64,000 bases of DNA from Lingula anatina (lineage: Eukaryota; Animalia; Brachiopoda), in contig CM120640.1 of NCBI GenBank assembly GCA_051362555.1, positions 49,206,788-49,270,787 of the forward strand. Direction: 5' to 3'. Below the pieces are notes generated by a model. That model was not told the origin of the DNA and ran no database searches. It worked only from the letters and a program-made list of their open reading frames with translations. Below are positions 1-13,400 of this stretch, piece after piece (within the stretch, counting starts at the first letter, position 1; each line of letters opens with the position of its first letter). A program made the translations under genes and the position numbers.

Positions 1-699
1 TTGAGATTTCTTTGTAAAGTCTCTATTATCTCATTTCATAAATGTTCGATTTTTCTTGAATTAAAAAAACTGCGTAAACATCAAAGCAATAGCAAAAATA
101 AAGAAAAATTGAATCTGATAGTGGATCACCTGAGGAAGACCTTGAGAAAGTCGAAACCTAGTGTTACTCGTTTAAGTAAAATCCAGTGTCAGATTCATTA
201 TATCTTTATTTTAGCTATTGTTTTGATGTTTACGCAGCAACGAAATTTTGGCAAAAGACGAAAGTAATATGGATAAGCAGGCACGTAGCCAGGAAGTTCA
301 CTACAAAATATATCGGAACGCAGTATAAAAATCAAAATTAAATGACCCGGATCATACGTTACCGGAACACACGTTACCATTTAGGGCTTCTTGCATAATC
401 TAAAGGCATGGTAAAAATTAAATTTAAATTGAGACTTTCGTGGATTATTGTTTTACACACATTTATGTTTTTAAAAATTGAATAAAACTTAATTCATTCA
501 ATTTTATTTTTGGACACTTCGGGGTGTGAAATGCACCTCTATATAGGGTTTGGATGATATGCGTTTTTCTTCTTATACTAATCAAATGCAAATTTTAGAA
601 ATATTTTCCAGCAAAAATATTACATTAAATATTCTAGAAGTGTTTAGCTGTGTCCCGTTGAGCCGCAGAAGCTTTGTTGGTGGGCTTCAGATTACGTAT

Positions 700-745
700 A
701 ATTCAGCTAGTCGAACTCTAATTTCAAGAGGGGAATATAAGTGTG

Positions 746-790
<45 letters not shown>

Positions 791-825
791 CCCCTCTGAT
801 CCCACCCCCCCTAAATCCGCCATTG
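700..825 (-). mobile_element. Same MITE family, partial copy containing a (GT)n microsatellite (~750-788)
   Basis: CTAAATCCGCCATTG (811-825) and ATTCAGCTAGTCGAACTCTAATTTCAAGAGGG are reverse complements of sequence in 50146-50242. Confidence 0.6.
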
Positions 826-1377
826 GTTCTATTCAAAGTAGATGTCAGACGTAGTCTACAGCAAAGTCCATAGATCTATGTTTACTATTACATGTAACTA
901 TTTGGGAGGAGGGAGGGGGATAGTAATCACAGTTCGCGGGAAATAAAATAATAGGCCTAAATTCACAAATCACAGTAAACATTTTTTCATATCTTATTAA
1001 AATTACCAAAAAATTACGAATTGATTTGTGCACCGTATGACGAAGACTAAAAAAGCTGCATTCATAGTCACGGGAATGGAGAAATATTACCAGACTGCAC
1101 TATGGCCCTGTGACGAATCCTCATCTGTTTGTCTTGAACGATAAACTAATGTCAGAATTCAGGTCAAAATAAAACTTGTCTCGAAATGGTCTCTAATGTA
1201 TTTGTTGCTTCCAACTCAATGGGGTCAAATGTTTCTGGACACGTCTGAATTTTAAACATTTTTTTAACTTTAACGTTAATAATTATTTCTTTTTATAAAC
1301 CTTGACGTGTAAGTGCCCCTTGCAAGTGGCGCCACCTATGTTAACCAGGCAATTCCAAGGATACGCTGCGTATTACA

Positions 1378-1388
1378 GTGACTAAGCA
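1378..1388 (+). promoter_or_regulatory. Antioxidant response element (Nrf2/CncC-sMaf site) upstream of glutaredoxin A
   Basis: GTGACTAAGCA fits RTGACnnnGCA, with an AT-rich 3' flank; identical in the paralog promoter. Confidence 0.7.
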
Positions 1389-1475
1389 CAAAAATTGAGG
1401 GTGCGTTAAATATTATAAGCGTTTTCTAGAGGCAGCAGCTGTACTCTGTTTTTACATTGAATTCTTAATAACTTT

Positions 1476-2166
1476 ATGGGAGCAACCCAATCGTACTCGG
1501 AAGAAAAGATGGCAGACGTTAAGAAAATGATTGATGCGAAAATTAATAGCAAGAAAGTTGTGGTATATTCTAAAACATATTGCCCCTTTTGCAAAAAAGC
1601 TAAAGATGTTCTTAAGCAATATAATATCCCGGAAGATATTGAGATTATAGAGATAGAAGATAATCCAGACTGCAGCGCTATCCAAGATTATCTTTGCCAA
1701 ATAACCGGGGCAAGATCGGTGAGTTGAATTTGAAAGATCTCTGAAAAAACTACACAATCGTTAGTGTCTCGCTGACCAGTGCGTCACTGACATTGATTCA
1801 ATCATGGCAGTATATACTCACTGAGTACTTCGTGGTTCGATGTACGGTAAACATACTTACTGTCTGACCTCAGGGTGCACTAGTCTGTAGTAAGTTATTG
1901 GCCTATTAAATTGTGTAGATCTTTTAAAAGAGCCCCTGTAGTCAGAGGGTACGGTAAATATGCCTTGTTGAATCCGGTTGAATCTCGGATCTTGGGTATG
2001 TGCATGAATCTATTTGTCCCTGTTTAACGAAAAATCACTTCCACTAATTTGGTGAAATATATTTCAGGTGCCAAGAGTGTTCATAAATGGAAAATGTATT
2101 GGGGGTGGAGACGAAACTGTTGCGTTGCAGAAGTCTGGGAAACTGAAGGGCATGCTTGGACTTTAA
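1476..2166 (+). CDS. Dithiol glutaredoxin, copy A (2 exons: 1476-1718, 2068-2166; 113 aa, or 102 aa from ATG 1509)
   Basis: YSKTYCPFC active site; exon 1 ends ...TGARS|GTGAGT; exon 2 after TTTCAG reads VPRVFINGKCIGGGDETVALQKSGKLKGMLGL* (cis-Pro and GG motifs of glutaredoxins). Confidence 0.95.
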
Positions 2167-5100
2167 TAGTTGAATATCCTGAGAGAAGTCGTGTTATGGT
2201 GGAGTTTCTGGTTGAAATGCCCAAAACCTATGCCAAGCCAACAAGAAGACTTCTTAATATGTCATTTTGGAATTTTCTGTGTGGTCTTTATCGACTTAAG
2301 TGTCTGGTTTTTAAATATACTACATACTTTGTTACATCATAGTATTATAAAACAGTTATATTTGCCTTGTATCTTATGATCAGGAATAATAAGCACTAGT
2401 ACTTGATCTCATTCCAACATAAATTTTGCATTACTAGTACTTAGGTTTCATAGTCACATTTTAGTTTCTCTTTGAATGACAGTGGAAGATCAGGGAGTAA
2501 ATTTTTTTTATTTTCCACCATGCATTCATGAGTCCTGTGATACTAAATTATGTATGAATATAATAAATCTACTTGTACCCCTACTTGCCCAGATATGTTA
2601 TCAGATGTTATTGTTTAATAGTGTTGCTGTGATACTGTCTAGTCACATGTCAGTATTAGTAATACTTTTGTCATTAAAAATTCAGTGACTAATTTGGACC
2701 AAAATGAAAATGAAAAGCAGCTAGTGCAGTAGTCTGATCAGGCACAATATTTTTTCCTCTTTTGTATTTGTATTTAGTAGCTGTTCACTGTTTTAGACAT
2801 ACATGGAGCAAAGGCAAGGGCAAGTTGCAACTTGATACAACATATTTGGTTTATATATCTGCTCTGCATATAATAAATAAGATTCTTACACCATAAAAAT
2901 TCCTTGTTCCTTTATGAAAAGATGTAAGAAAATTTGCCAAGAAGTTCAATGCTTTCTTTTGTTTCTGCAAGATATTTTTAAATTTAAAACATTAAAATTG
3001 TTTGATATAATAACATTTATATGTTGTTAATACTTAAAGTATATTCTCAAATTGTTTTAACTTAAATCTGTTTCAAGCAGTTTTGCATGTCATTTTATTA
3101 ACAATAAAACAAATTGATTTAAATCATGAAAGGCACATAATTGTACTTGAGCATTATATCTGGTGTCTCTGTCAGTTACATGTGTAATTTATTCCCAATT
3201 TACTCAACAGAGCCAATAAACTTTTTCTTTGAGGAAGTGATGTTTTTCGCATTTTCTACTGACAAATGGCACAAGCAGAGTTCAGCATTTTACTGATGTA
3301 AGTAGGGTGCACATTTCCTGCATCATTAGGATTTAGTGGTGTGTGATTTATTTGTTCCAATTAAGTTCTTCATTAAGAGAATTTTTTGTACAACTTTCAA
3401 TTTTAGTAAATATATCAAACGTTACCAATCAGATTGTATTCTGATGGTGAATGATCATGGATCAAAAAAAAAAAAAAAAAAATGGAGAGAGACAATCAGT
3501 TTTGATAATGACTTTTTATACACAGACACCGTAAGTGTCTGTATGTATTCTGATTGATCTGTCTGTCACCGTCGCTGTCTGAAACATGAAGTTTGCCCAT
3601 AATAACTGCCAATTTTTCAATTTATTAAACCGTAATTTTGTTTTACTTAAAAATTACTGAGTGGCTTAGTATGGTGAAGAGGCAGATTGCTTTTGAAAAT
3701 TGGCATGATTGGTTTACATTTACAGTAATTATTCTTTTTTTTTTCACAATTTTGGTGACGTTCCCCCAAAAAGTACCACACCATATTTTCATTTTATAAT
3801 TAAATTTACTGGATGGCTTTGTTTGGTAAAGAGGCAGGTTGCTTTTTATGTACAGACACAGATGTGTCTGTACATATTGCCATCACCTGCGTCTGTCGTC
3901 GCCGATGCCGATGCCGATGCCGTCGCCGGCGCCGTGCACTTTCCTTGTAAACACGATAAGTGGAGGGCAGTTTTACTTTTTGGCTTAATATTTACAGAGC
4001 TGATGAATATTCATAAAACGCAGGTCAAATCAGCATGATCGGGCCATTTTAAGGGAACTTATGCTGTTTTTTCACTTTTTTCAGCATATATGCAACCCTG
4101 TAAACACATTTTAAGGAAAACCGTTAGGCCTGTTGTCATGAAACTCACAGGAGTAATCAGTCTTATGAAAACGCAGGTCAAGTTTGAAAATCAGCATGAT
4201 CGGGCTACTGTTTTAGTAGTTATGCTGTTTTTTTCATTTTTCAGCATATATGCAACACTGTAAACACAAAATAAGAAAAACAGATAGGCCAATTGTCATT
4301 AAACTCACAGGAATGGTCAATCTTATTAAAATGCAGGTTGACTTCGAAAATCAGCATAATCGGGGCATTATTTTAGAAGTTATGCTGTTTTTTCACATTT
4401 CCTCAGATTCAACTCTTAGGCATGTTAACAATCTCATTATTGAACTAATAAGATACGTAAAAGTGTTTGTTTGACATTTCCTGCATCTTTACAACATTGT
4501 TAGTTGATTATGTAAAAATGATGGTAAACTTGTTATCGTGTATTGTGTAATAAAGTGTCAAAAATGGAAATAAACTCATATCATTGCAGTTTGTCAGATT
4601 TAATCATTCACTATGATCAGGATCTCAGAATGGAGGAAATTAGACATTTAACACTATTCTATTGATATTTTCCCCATCTCATCAATTTTCTTAGTTGATC
4701 ATATAAAAATTGCAGTAAACTGTTTATTTTGTTTTATGTTAAAAAAAGCGTTAAAAATGGAAATAAACCCATGTCAGAACAGTGCTGTCTTGTTTCACAT
4801 TTCCTCAGTTTCAATTCTTAGGCATGTTAACAGTCTCATTATTTAACTAATAAGACATGTTTAAGTGTTTGGTTGACATTTCCTGTATCTTTACAACATT
4901 ATTAGTTGATTATGTAAAACTGATGGTAAACTTATTATCATGTATTGTGTAATAAAGTTTCAAAAATGGAAATAAACTCATATCATTGCAGTTTGTCAGA
5001 TGCAATCATTCACTTTGTTTAGAATCTCAGAATGGAGGAAATTGGACATTTAACACTGTTGTATTTATATTTTTCCCATCTCATCAATTTTCTTAGTTGA

Positions 5101-6660
5101 TCATATAAAGATGGCAGTAACCTGTTAATTTTGTTTTATGTTAAAAAAATTGTTAAAAATGGAAAAAAAAACATTTCAGAACAGTGCTGTCTTGTTTACA
5201 TTTTGGCATTTTCAAGTTGTGACTTTGAGTTCCATGGGCCTGAAGACCTTTGCCAGTCACATTTTCTGAATATCCATGATACTAATATTTTATTATTAAA
5301 ATTGATGGTCATTATGCTGTTAAACATTATGTAATATTGCATCAAAATTTGAAAAAAACCTATTTTGGGCACTGCTCCCATGATGACCATTTAAGAAAAA
5401 CAATGTCACTTACTGTTCTCAAACAGTACAGTAAATATGTACAGATGTGTCTGTACATATTGCCATCACCTGTATCTGCCGTCGTCGCCGTCACTGTCGC
5501 CGGTGCTAGCGACGTGCACTTTCATTGTAAACATGATAAGTGGAAGGCAGTTTTACTTTTTGGCTGTATATTTACAGAGCTGATGAATATTCATAAAACG
5601 CAGGTCAAGTTCGAAAATCAGCATGATTGGGCCATTTTAAGGGAAGTTATGCTGTTTTTTTAACTTTTCAGCATATATGCAACACTGAAAACACATTTCA
5701 AGGAAAACTGATAGGCCTGTTGTCATGAAACTCACAGGAGTAATCAATCTTATTATAACGCAGGTCAGGTTCGAAAATAGGCATGATCGGGCCACTGTTT
5801 TAGTAGTTATGCTTTTTTTCTTCACTTTTCAGCATATATGCAACACAGTAAATATACAATATAAGAAAAACAGATACGCCAATTGTCATGAAACTCACAG
5901 GAGTGGTCATTCCTGCTAAAACGCAGGTTGAGTTCAAAAATCAGCTTAATCGGGCCATTATTTTAAAGAAATGCCGTTTTTTCACATTTCCTCAGATTCA
6001 TTTCTTAGGCATGTTAACAGTTTCATTATTTAATTAATAAGATACATAAAAGTGTTTGTTTGACATTTCCTGCATCTTTACAACATTATTAGTTGATTAT
6101 GTAAAAATGATGGTAAACTTGTTATCGTGTATTGTGTAATAAAGTTTCAAAAATGGAAATAAACTCATATCATTGCAGTTTGTCAGATTCAATCATTAAA
6201 ATTTGATGTTGAATTTGCAGTTTAACATAATGTACTTTTGCATCAGAATTGACAGTAGCCTATTTTGTGCATAGTTATTTCCTGTTTTTTGTCTGTACAT
6301 TTGACAGCTTTGCTGCCTTGTTTAAAATCCGTGTGATTGCTTTACATCTAGATTTACAGTAATTATTCTTTTTTATTTATTTATTTAATTTATTTATTTA
6401 TTTATTGTGAAATTTATTTTTTCACACATTAGCATTTTCAGTGGCTTTTATATCCTGTGGAACTGAATCATTTGCCAGATTTTCATTGCATATGTTACCT
6501 GTAAGAGGATAAGAGTGATTATGCTGTTTTAAAGCATTTTGCAATGTGTTCAATGCATTAAAATTGGCCTAAATATTATTTGTTGCACCTTTTTATGTAC
6601 AGACACATATGTGTCTGTACATATAGCCATCATCTGCGTCTGTCGTCGTCGCCGTGCACT

Positions 6661-8240
6661 TTCACCGATAACACGATAAGTGAAGAACCGTTTTATCTTT
6701 TGGCTTGAAACCTGCAGAACTGATGAATATTCATAATACGCAGGTCGAGTTCGAAAATCAGCATGATTGGGTCATTTTTAGGGAAGTTATGCTGTTTTTT
6801 CACTTTTTTCAGCATATATGCAGCACCGATAACACAATAAGTGGAAAATCATTTTACTTTTTGGCTTGAAACTTACAAAACTGATGAATATTCATAATTA
6901 GCAGGTCAAGTTTGAAAATCAGCATGATTGGGCCATTTTTAGGGGAGTTACGCAGTTTTTATGTACAGACACAGATGTGTCTGTACATATAGCCATCATC
7001 TGCGTCTGTCGTCGCCGTCGTCGCCGTCGCCGTGCACTTTTACCGATAACACGATAAGTGGAAAACCATTTTACCTTTTGACTTGAAACTTGCAGAACTG
7101 ATGAATATTCATAATACGCTGGTCAAGTTCGAAAATCAGCATGATCGGGTCACTTTTAGGGAATTTATGCTGTTTTTTCACTTTTTTCAGCATATATGCA
7201 GCACCGATAACACGATAAGTGGAAAACCATTTTACCTTTTGACTTGAAACTTACAGAACTGATGAATATTCATAATACGCAGGTCAAGTTCGAAAATCAG
7301 CATGATCGGGTTACTTTTAGGGAATTTATGCTGTTTTTTCACTTTTTTCAGCATGTATGCAGCACCGATAACACGATAAGTGGAAAACCATTTTACCTTT
7401 TGACTTGAAACTTACAGAACTGATGAATATTCATAATACGCAGGTCAAGTTCAAAAATCGGCATGATCGGGTCACTTTTAGGGAATTGATGCTGTTTTTT
7501 CACTTTTTTCAGCATATATGCAGCACCGATAACACGATAAGTGGAAAACCATTTTACCTTTTGACTTGAAACTTACAGAACTGATGAATGTTCATAATAC
7601 GCAGGTCAAGTTCGAAAATCAGCATGATCGGGTCACTTTTAGGTAATTTATGCTGTTTTTTATGTACAGACACAGATGTGTCTGTACATATAGCCGTCAT
7701 CTGCGTCTGTCGTCGCCGTCGCCGTCGTTGCCGTCGTCGCCGTGCACTTTTACCGATAACACGATAAGTGGAAAACTGTTTTTTCTTTTTGTTTGAAACT
7801 TACAGAACTGATGAATATTCATAATACACAGGTCGAGTTCAAAAATCAGCATGATCGGGTCACTTATATGGAATTTATGCTGTTTTTTCACTTTTTTCAG
7901 CATATATGCAGCACCGATAACACGATTAGTGGAAAACCATTTTACCTTTTGGCTTGAAACTTACAGAACTGATGAATATACATAATACGGAGGTCAAGTT
8001 CGAAAATCAGCGTGATTGGGTCATTTTTAGTGAATTTAGGCTATTTTTTCTCTTTTTTCAGCATATGTGCAGCACCGATAACACGATAAGTGGAAAACCA
8101 TTTTACCTTTTGGCTTGAAACTTTCAGAACTGATAAATATTCATAATACGCAGGTCAAGTTTGAAAATCAGCACGATCGGGTCACTTTTAGGGAATTTAT
8201 GCTGTTTTTTCACTTTTTTCGGTATATATGCAACACTGAT
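6661..8240 (+). repeat. 161-bp satellite-like tandem array (central repeats of family A), interrupted by two element heads
   Basis: GATGAAT(A/G)TTCATAATACGC recurs at 7100, 7261, 7422, 7583 (period 161); related units at 3950-4390, 5530-5990, 11057-11245. Confidence 0.92.
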
Positions 8241-11056
8241 AACACAATATAAGAAAAACAGATTGGCCAATTGTCATTATACTCACAGGAGGGGCCAATT
8301 TTACTAAAACGCAGGTTGAGTTTGAAAATCGGCATAATCAGTCCATTATTTTAGAAGTTATGCTGTTTTTTCACATTTCCTCACATTCAATTCTTAGGCA
8401 TGTTAACAGTCTCATTATTGAACTAATAAGATACGTAAAAGTGTTTGTTTGACATTTCCTGCATCTTTACAACATTGTTAGTTGATTTTTTAAAAATGAT
8501 GGTAAACTTGTTATCATGTATTGTGTAATAAAGTGTCAAAAATGGAAATAAACTCATATCATTGCAGTTTGTCAGATGCATTCATCCACTTTGTTCAGAA
8601 TCTCAGAATGGAGGAAGTTGGACATTTAACACTGTTCTATTGATACTTTTCCCATCTCATCAATTTTCTTCATTGGTCATATAAAAACGGCAGTAAACTG
8701 TTTATTTTGTTTTATGTTAAAAAAGTGTTAAAAATGGAAATAAACCCATTTCAGAACAGTGCTGTCTTGTTTACATTTTGGCATTTTCAGTATGTGACTT
8801 TGAAGTTCTATGGGCCTGAAGACTTTTGCTAGTCACATTTTCTGAATAACCATGATACTAATATTTTATAATTAAAAATTGATGGTCATTATGCTGTAAA
8901 ACATTATGTAATATTGCATCAAAATGTGAAGAAACCCCTATTATGGGCACTGCTCCCATGATGACCATTTAAGGAAAATCATGTCACTTACTGTTCTCAA
9001 ACTTACAGGAAAGAGACATGGGACTAAAATACAGCTTCAGTAGGCAATGCAGTCTGTTTGGTAAATTTTTCTGGCAATTAAACGGTTTTTTGTGAAAATT
9101 TAATTTTTCACATATTGGCATTTCCAAGGTGTGACTTAGAACCTCCACGGGCTTGAAGACCCATGCTAGTCACATTTTGTGAAAATCCATGACACTTATA
9201 TTTTATTATTAATAATCAATGGTCATTATGCTGTTAAGCATTATGTAATGTTGCATCAAAATAGAAGAAAACACAATTTTTGGTGCTGCTGCCTTGATGA
9301 CCATTCTGGGAAAACCGTGTTACTTATGACTGTCAAACTTTCAAAAAAGAAACACAGGACTAAAATGCAGCCTGAGTTAGAAAAGCAGTCTAATTGGCTT
9401 CTTTTTCTGGAAGTTATACATTTTAGTGTAATATTCATTATCTTTTTGGCATATTCATTGTGGGACTCGGAGCTCCCATGGACATGAAGCCAAATGGTAA
9501 TCATATTTTCTACATGTCCATCCTATTTATAGTCAATAAACAAAAATTGGTGATAATTATTCTCTAATTTATTATGTAATGTTACATCAAAATTGACAAC
9601 AATCTTTTTGCACTGCTACTGCAAACATTATGAAAAGAAAACTGTTCCACTTATTATAATTTTAAACTTACAAGTACGATTTTTAGGATTGGCCTTCAGC
9701 TCGTGAGAAAACCAGCTCTATTGGATTATCATGTTTCTTGTATTTATGCATTTTTTGTGAAATTTTCATTTTTCTCATTCTGGCACTTTCTAAGTATAAA
9801 CTTGAACTCTGATGGGCCTGGAGCCTTATGCTTTTACTTTCGTCTGTGTTACCTGTTGTGCATAAGTTGAAGTTGACTGTGCAGTTAAACATAATGTATT
9901 ATTGCATCAGGATTGGTAGTCTCCTATTTTGGGCATTATGGTTTTGTGCTTTTCTTTAGGTGTGACTTATGGGCCTGAAGACCTTTGAGTGGGTCAGTCT
10001 GTAAATTACCCTTGGGTATCACTAGATTAATTTCAGAGTTATAAAGTCATTTGCTTTAATAGGCCATTAAATGAGATTATGTAAAGCACACTTGTTGATA
10101 TTTCCCTGTAAACTCCCAAAGGTAAAGCTCTCTGCTAGATTAATAATAAGGAAGCAGTGATAATTATGCAGGTAAATTTTGTTTAATATTGCAAATAAGT
10201 TTTATATATATCAAACTGGAAGATTAAAAGTTTGAATAGCATCTTCATTGGAATTATATTTACCTCAAGCTCTGCCAAGGAGGTTATATTTTCACCCCTG
10301 TTTGTCTGTCATCCACATAACACAAAAAAGTTATGGACCGATTTTGCAGAAATTTTCAGGAACTGTTGGAAGTGGGCCAAAGAGGACAATGATTAATTTT
10401 TGGTGGTGGTCCGGATCAATAATCAATCAATTATCAATAATAATCAACAATTGCTGCCTTGGCAGAGGTCTGCACTCTCAAAGTGCTTTTCTAGTTTTGT
10501 TGTTTTCCTTTATAATTTTTTCTAAAACACTTGCATTTGTGACTTTTAACTCTCATCTGCCTGGGGCTCTGCACATTTTCTGTATTTCTACATAAGCAGT
10601 TGTATTGTTTTTTATGTCTTTAAACATAATGTAATATTATTTTATGCACTGTCATCATTTTTCAAATATTGAGACTTTCATAATGTGAATTTGAACTCTC
10701 ATGGTCCTGAAACTGTAATCTTATTGAAGGGGTGGATTGAGACCATCTTCTGGGTCTTCCGGAAGACAGTCAGGTTATTAAGTTTATATTGACTGGTATC
10801 TATTTTTTTCTGTTGGAAGACCATCAAAATGGAGGATGGATCAACATAGATACTTTGTAATACTGTCAGAAAATATCTCTGGGTCTGCTCCTGTTATTGA
10901 CCATGTTACCTGTTGTGCAAGATTAAAATTCAGTGTTGACTGACAGTGCTATTATAAGCATTATTTATTATTGCATCAAAATTGACCAAATGTCCTTTTT
11001 TGCATCTTTATTTTCTGTTTTTTGTCTGTACATTTGACAGCTTTGCTGCCTTGTTT
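7656..11056 (+). mobile_element. Complete ~3.4-kb family A element inserted in a 161-bp repeat unit of another copy
   Basis: Host repeat is broken at ...TATGCTGTTTTT| and resumes after the tail with |CACTTTTTTCAGCATATATGC, the next bases of the unit. Confidence 0.85.
10254..10496 (+). mobile_element. Short Helentron-like non-autonomous element, family C, nested in family A
   Basis: 5' ..CTCTGCCAAGGAGGTTATATTTTC + TGTTTGTCTGTC; 3' subTIR CCTTGGCAGAGGT + hairpin GCACT-ctcaa-AGTGC + CTAGTTT; absent from the paralogous segment at ~11630. Confidence 0.75.
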
Positions 11057-13049
11057 CACTTTTTTCAGCATATATGCAGCACCGATAACATGATAAGTGG
11101 AAAACCATTTTACCTTTTGGCTTGAAACTTGCAGAACTGATGAATATTCATATTACGCAGGTTAAGTTTGAAAATCAGCATGATCGGGTCATTTTTAGAG
11201 AAGTAATGCTGTTTTTTCACTTTTTTCAGCATGTATGCAACACCTTGTGCTATATGATGGTACTGTATGGATGGCAGTGTAGTCTATAAAATTGTCCCTT
11301 GGGTGATCACTAATTAAATTAAGGTCTATAAAGTCACTTGCCTACTCATTAATTTTCAATTGGCCATTAAATGAGATTACATAAAACACTCGTTGAGATT
11401 TCCCTGTAAAGTCCCGTAGGTTTAGCTCTCTTAACTGTTTCACATTTAATTAGGATTTGGTGATAATTATGCAGATAAATGGTGTTTAATATTGCAAATA
11501 AATTTACAACAAAAATGTGTTATGCCAACATGCTATAGATGAATAACAGTGCCTTATTTTTCTCAAACTTGGTGGGGTTATTCATATCAAGTTAATACAG
11601 CTAGATTAAAAGTTTGAATAGCAGCTTTATTGGAATTTTTTACATGTTATTTAAAAAAAAAAATTAAATTATTTTTCAAACACCAGCATCTTCAAAATGT
11701 GATTTTTAACTCCCATCCACCAGAAGTGCTGTGCATTTTCTTTGTTTCCACATGAGCAATTGTATTGGTTTTTTATGTCTTTAAACATTATGTAATATTA
11801 TTTTATACACTGTTATCATTTTTACATATTGTGATTTCCATTATGTGAATTTGAACTCTGTGGTCTTGAAACTGTAATCTTATTGCAGGGGCTGAATGAG
11901 ACCGTCTTCTGGGCCTTCTGGGAGATGGTCAGATTTTAATGTTTACATTGACGGGTATCTATTTTTTCTGTTGGAATACCATCAAAAATGGAGGATGGAT
12001 CAACAAAGATAATTTGGAATACTGTCAGAAAATATCTCTCCTGTTCACTCCTGTTATTGACCATGTTATCTGTTGTTCATGATTAAAATTCAGTGTTGAT
12101 TGACAGTATTATTTATTATTGCATCAAAATTGACAAAATGACCTATTTTTTACATATTTATTCAAATATTGAGACTTTCATCATGTGAATTTGAACTTTC
12201 ATGGTCCTGAAACTGTAATCTTATTGAAGGGGTGGATTGAGACCATCTTCTGGGTCTTCCGGAAGTCAGTCAGGTTATTAAGTTTATATTGACTGGTATC
12301 TATTTTTTTCTGTTGGAAGACCATCAAAATGGAGGATTGATCAAAAAAGATACTTTCGAATACTGTCAGAAAATATCTCTGGGTCCGCTCCTGTTATTGA
12401 CATGTTACCTGTTGTGCATGATTAAAATTCAGTGTTGACTGACAGTGCTATTATAAGCATTATTTGTCATTGCATCAAAATTGAGAAAATTACTTTTTTT
12501 GCATCTTTATTTTCTGTTTTTTGTCTGTACATTTGACAGCTTTGCTGCCTTGTTCTGCGTAATGTCTAAACATTTGTCAGCTGTGCACACTTGTTTCCTG
12601 TATGGTGTCTGTTTATTCGTCAGCTTTGCTGTTTAGTTTAATTAAGAAGCCAGGTATACGTTCAACATTCGCTAAAAACAACAGCATAACATGTAACCAA
12701 AGTCGTTTTACCCTAACTTAATTATAATAACGTAGACTAGTACGTCACGTTACCTGTCACGAGGCCGTTCATTGTTCTGAAGGTCCGAACTTGGACATGA
12801 TAACGAAATTTTGTCAATGGACCGAATAAAGCGTATAGTTTGTCGGTAATAAAATAAAGTTCATCAGCGGCGCGTGCATACGATTTTTCGGACCAATGAA
12901 TCTTCGGATTATCGAGATCCCTCCCGCACCTTGTCACTGATTGTCAAAACTTCCGTACGTTTGTAATGTGTAATTCATGTGTTGCTTGCAGCTGATAAAA
13001 TGCCCCTGTTCATGTCTTAATTCAAAGGAGTCAACTCGTTCACGTATAT

Positions 13050-13203
13050 ATTTCATTTTCTGTTTATGGGCCTCGAACCTTTCAAGAACATCCTGCAGTA
13101 TATCAAACTGTATATGGTAATCACTCTGCGGATTACTTCTTGTATTTGTATTTGATCATGCCCGGATGTAGGGCGATAGTCAATAAACTTCTGATTCTGA
13201 TTC
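13050..13203 (+). mobile_element. Possible 3' end of a CR1/L2-type LINE or SINE
   Basis: Ends AATAAACTTCTGATTCTGATTC (poly(A) signal followed by a short ATTCTG repeat tail) right at the edge of the duplicated glutaredoxin block; no ORF. Confidence 0.25.
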
Positions 13204-13297
13204 CTGCACTAACGATTTGGTGTCTCCTGCAAGTGGCGCCGTCTATTTTCCTAGATCTAAGACTAGAAGAACTTATTTGCAGTGTTTTGTCACGGGA

Positions 13298-13308
13298 GTG
13301 ACTAAGCA
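13298..13308 (+). promoter_or_regulatory. Antioxidant response element upstream of glutaredoxin B
   Basis: GTGACTAAGCA followed by TTTT, conserved while neighbouring bases diverge. Confidence 0.7.
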
Positions 13309-13400
13309 TTTTAAAATAACAAACAGTTTCCCAGTGGCAGTTTTACAGTTTTTACTTTGAATGATTTTATGGGAGCAAACAATCGTACTCAGAGGAAGAC

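Larger units (their letters stand above)
3513..12639 (+). mobile_element. Nest of non-autonomous Helentron-like (HINE/DINE-1-type) elements, family A
   Basis: Six 5' heads (T-run + ATGTACAGACAC-agat-GTGTCTGTACAT palindrome + GTC/GCC microsatellite) at ~3513 (diverged), 3843, 5436 (partial), 6590, 6956, 7656; 3' tails (TGTCTGTACAT + GACAGC-ttt-GCTGCC hairpin + TTGTTT) ending ~6323, 11056, 12554 and two degenerate ones ending ~12596 and 12639; no TSD, inserted in T-runs. Confidence 0.85.

Noticed and set aside
1852-1865. ATACTTACTG as the 5' end of a U1 snRNA
   Set aside because: The match stops after 8 nt; no U1 stem-loops or Sm site follow.
6661-8240. Regular repeats as a CRISPR array
   Set aside because: Whole 161-bp units repeat with no unique spacers, there are no cas genes, and the context is eukaryotic.
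3709-9504. ORFs inside the element nest (e.g. 3709-4038, 5337-5663) as transposase or Rep/helicase
   Set aside because: Short chance frames through microsatellite and tandem repeats; no HUH, helicase or DDE motifs.
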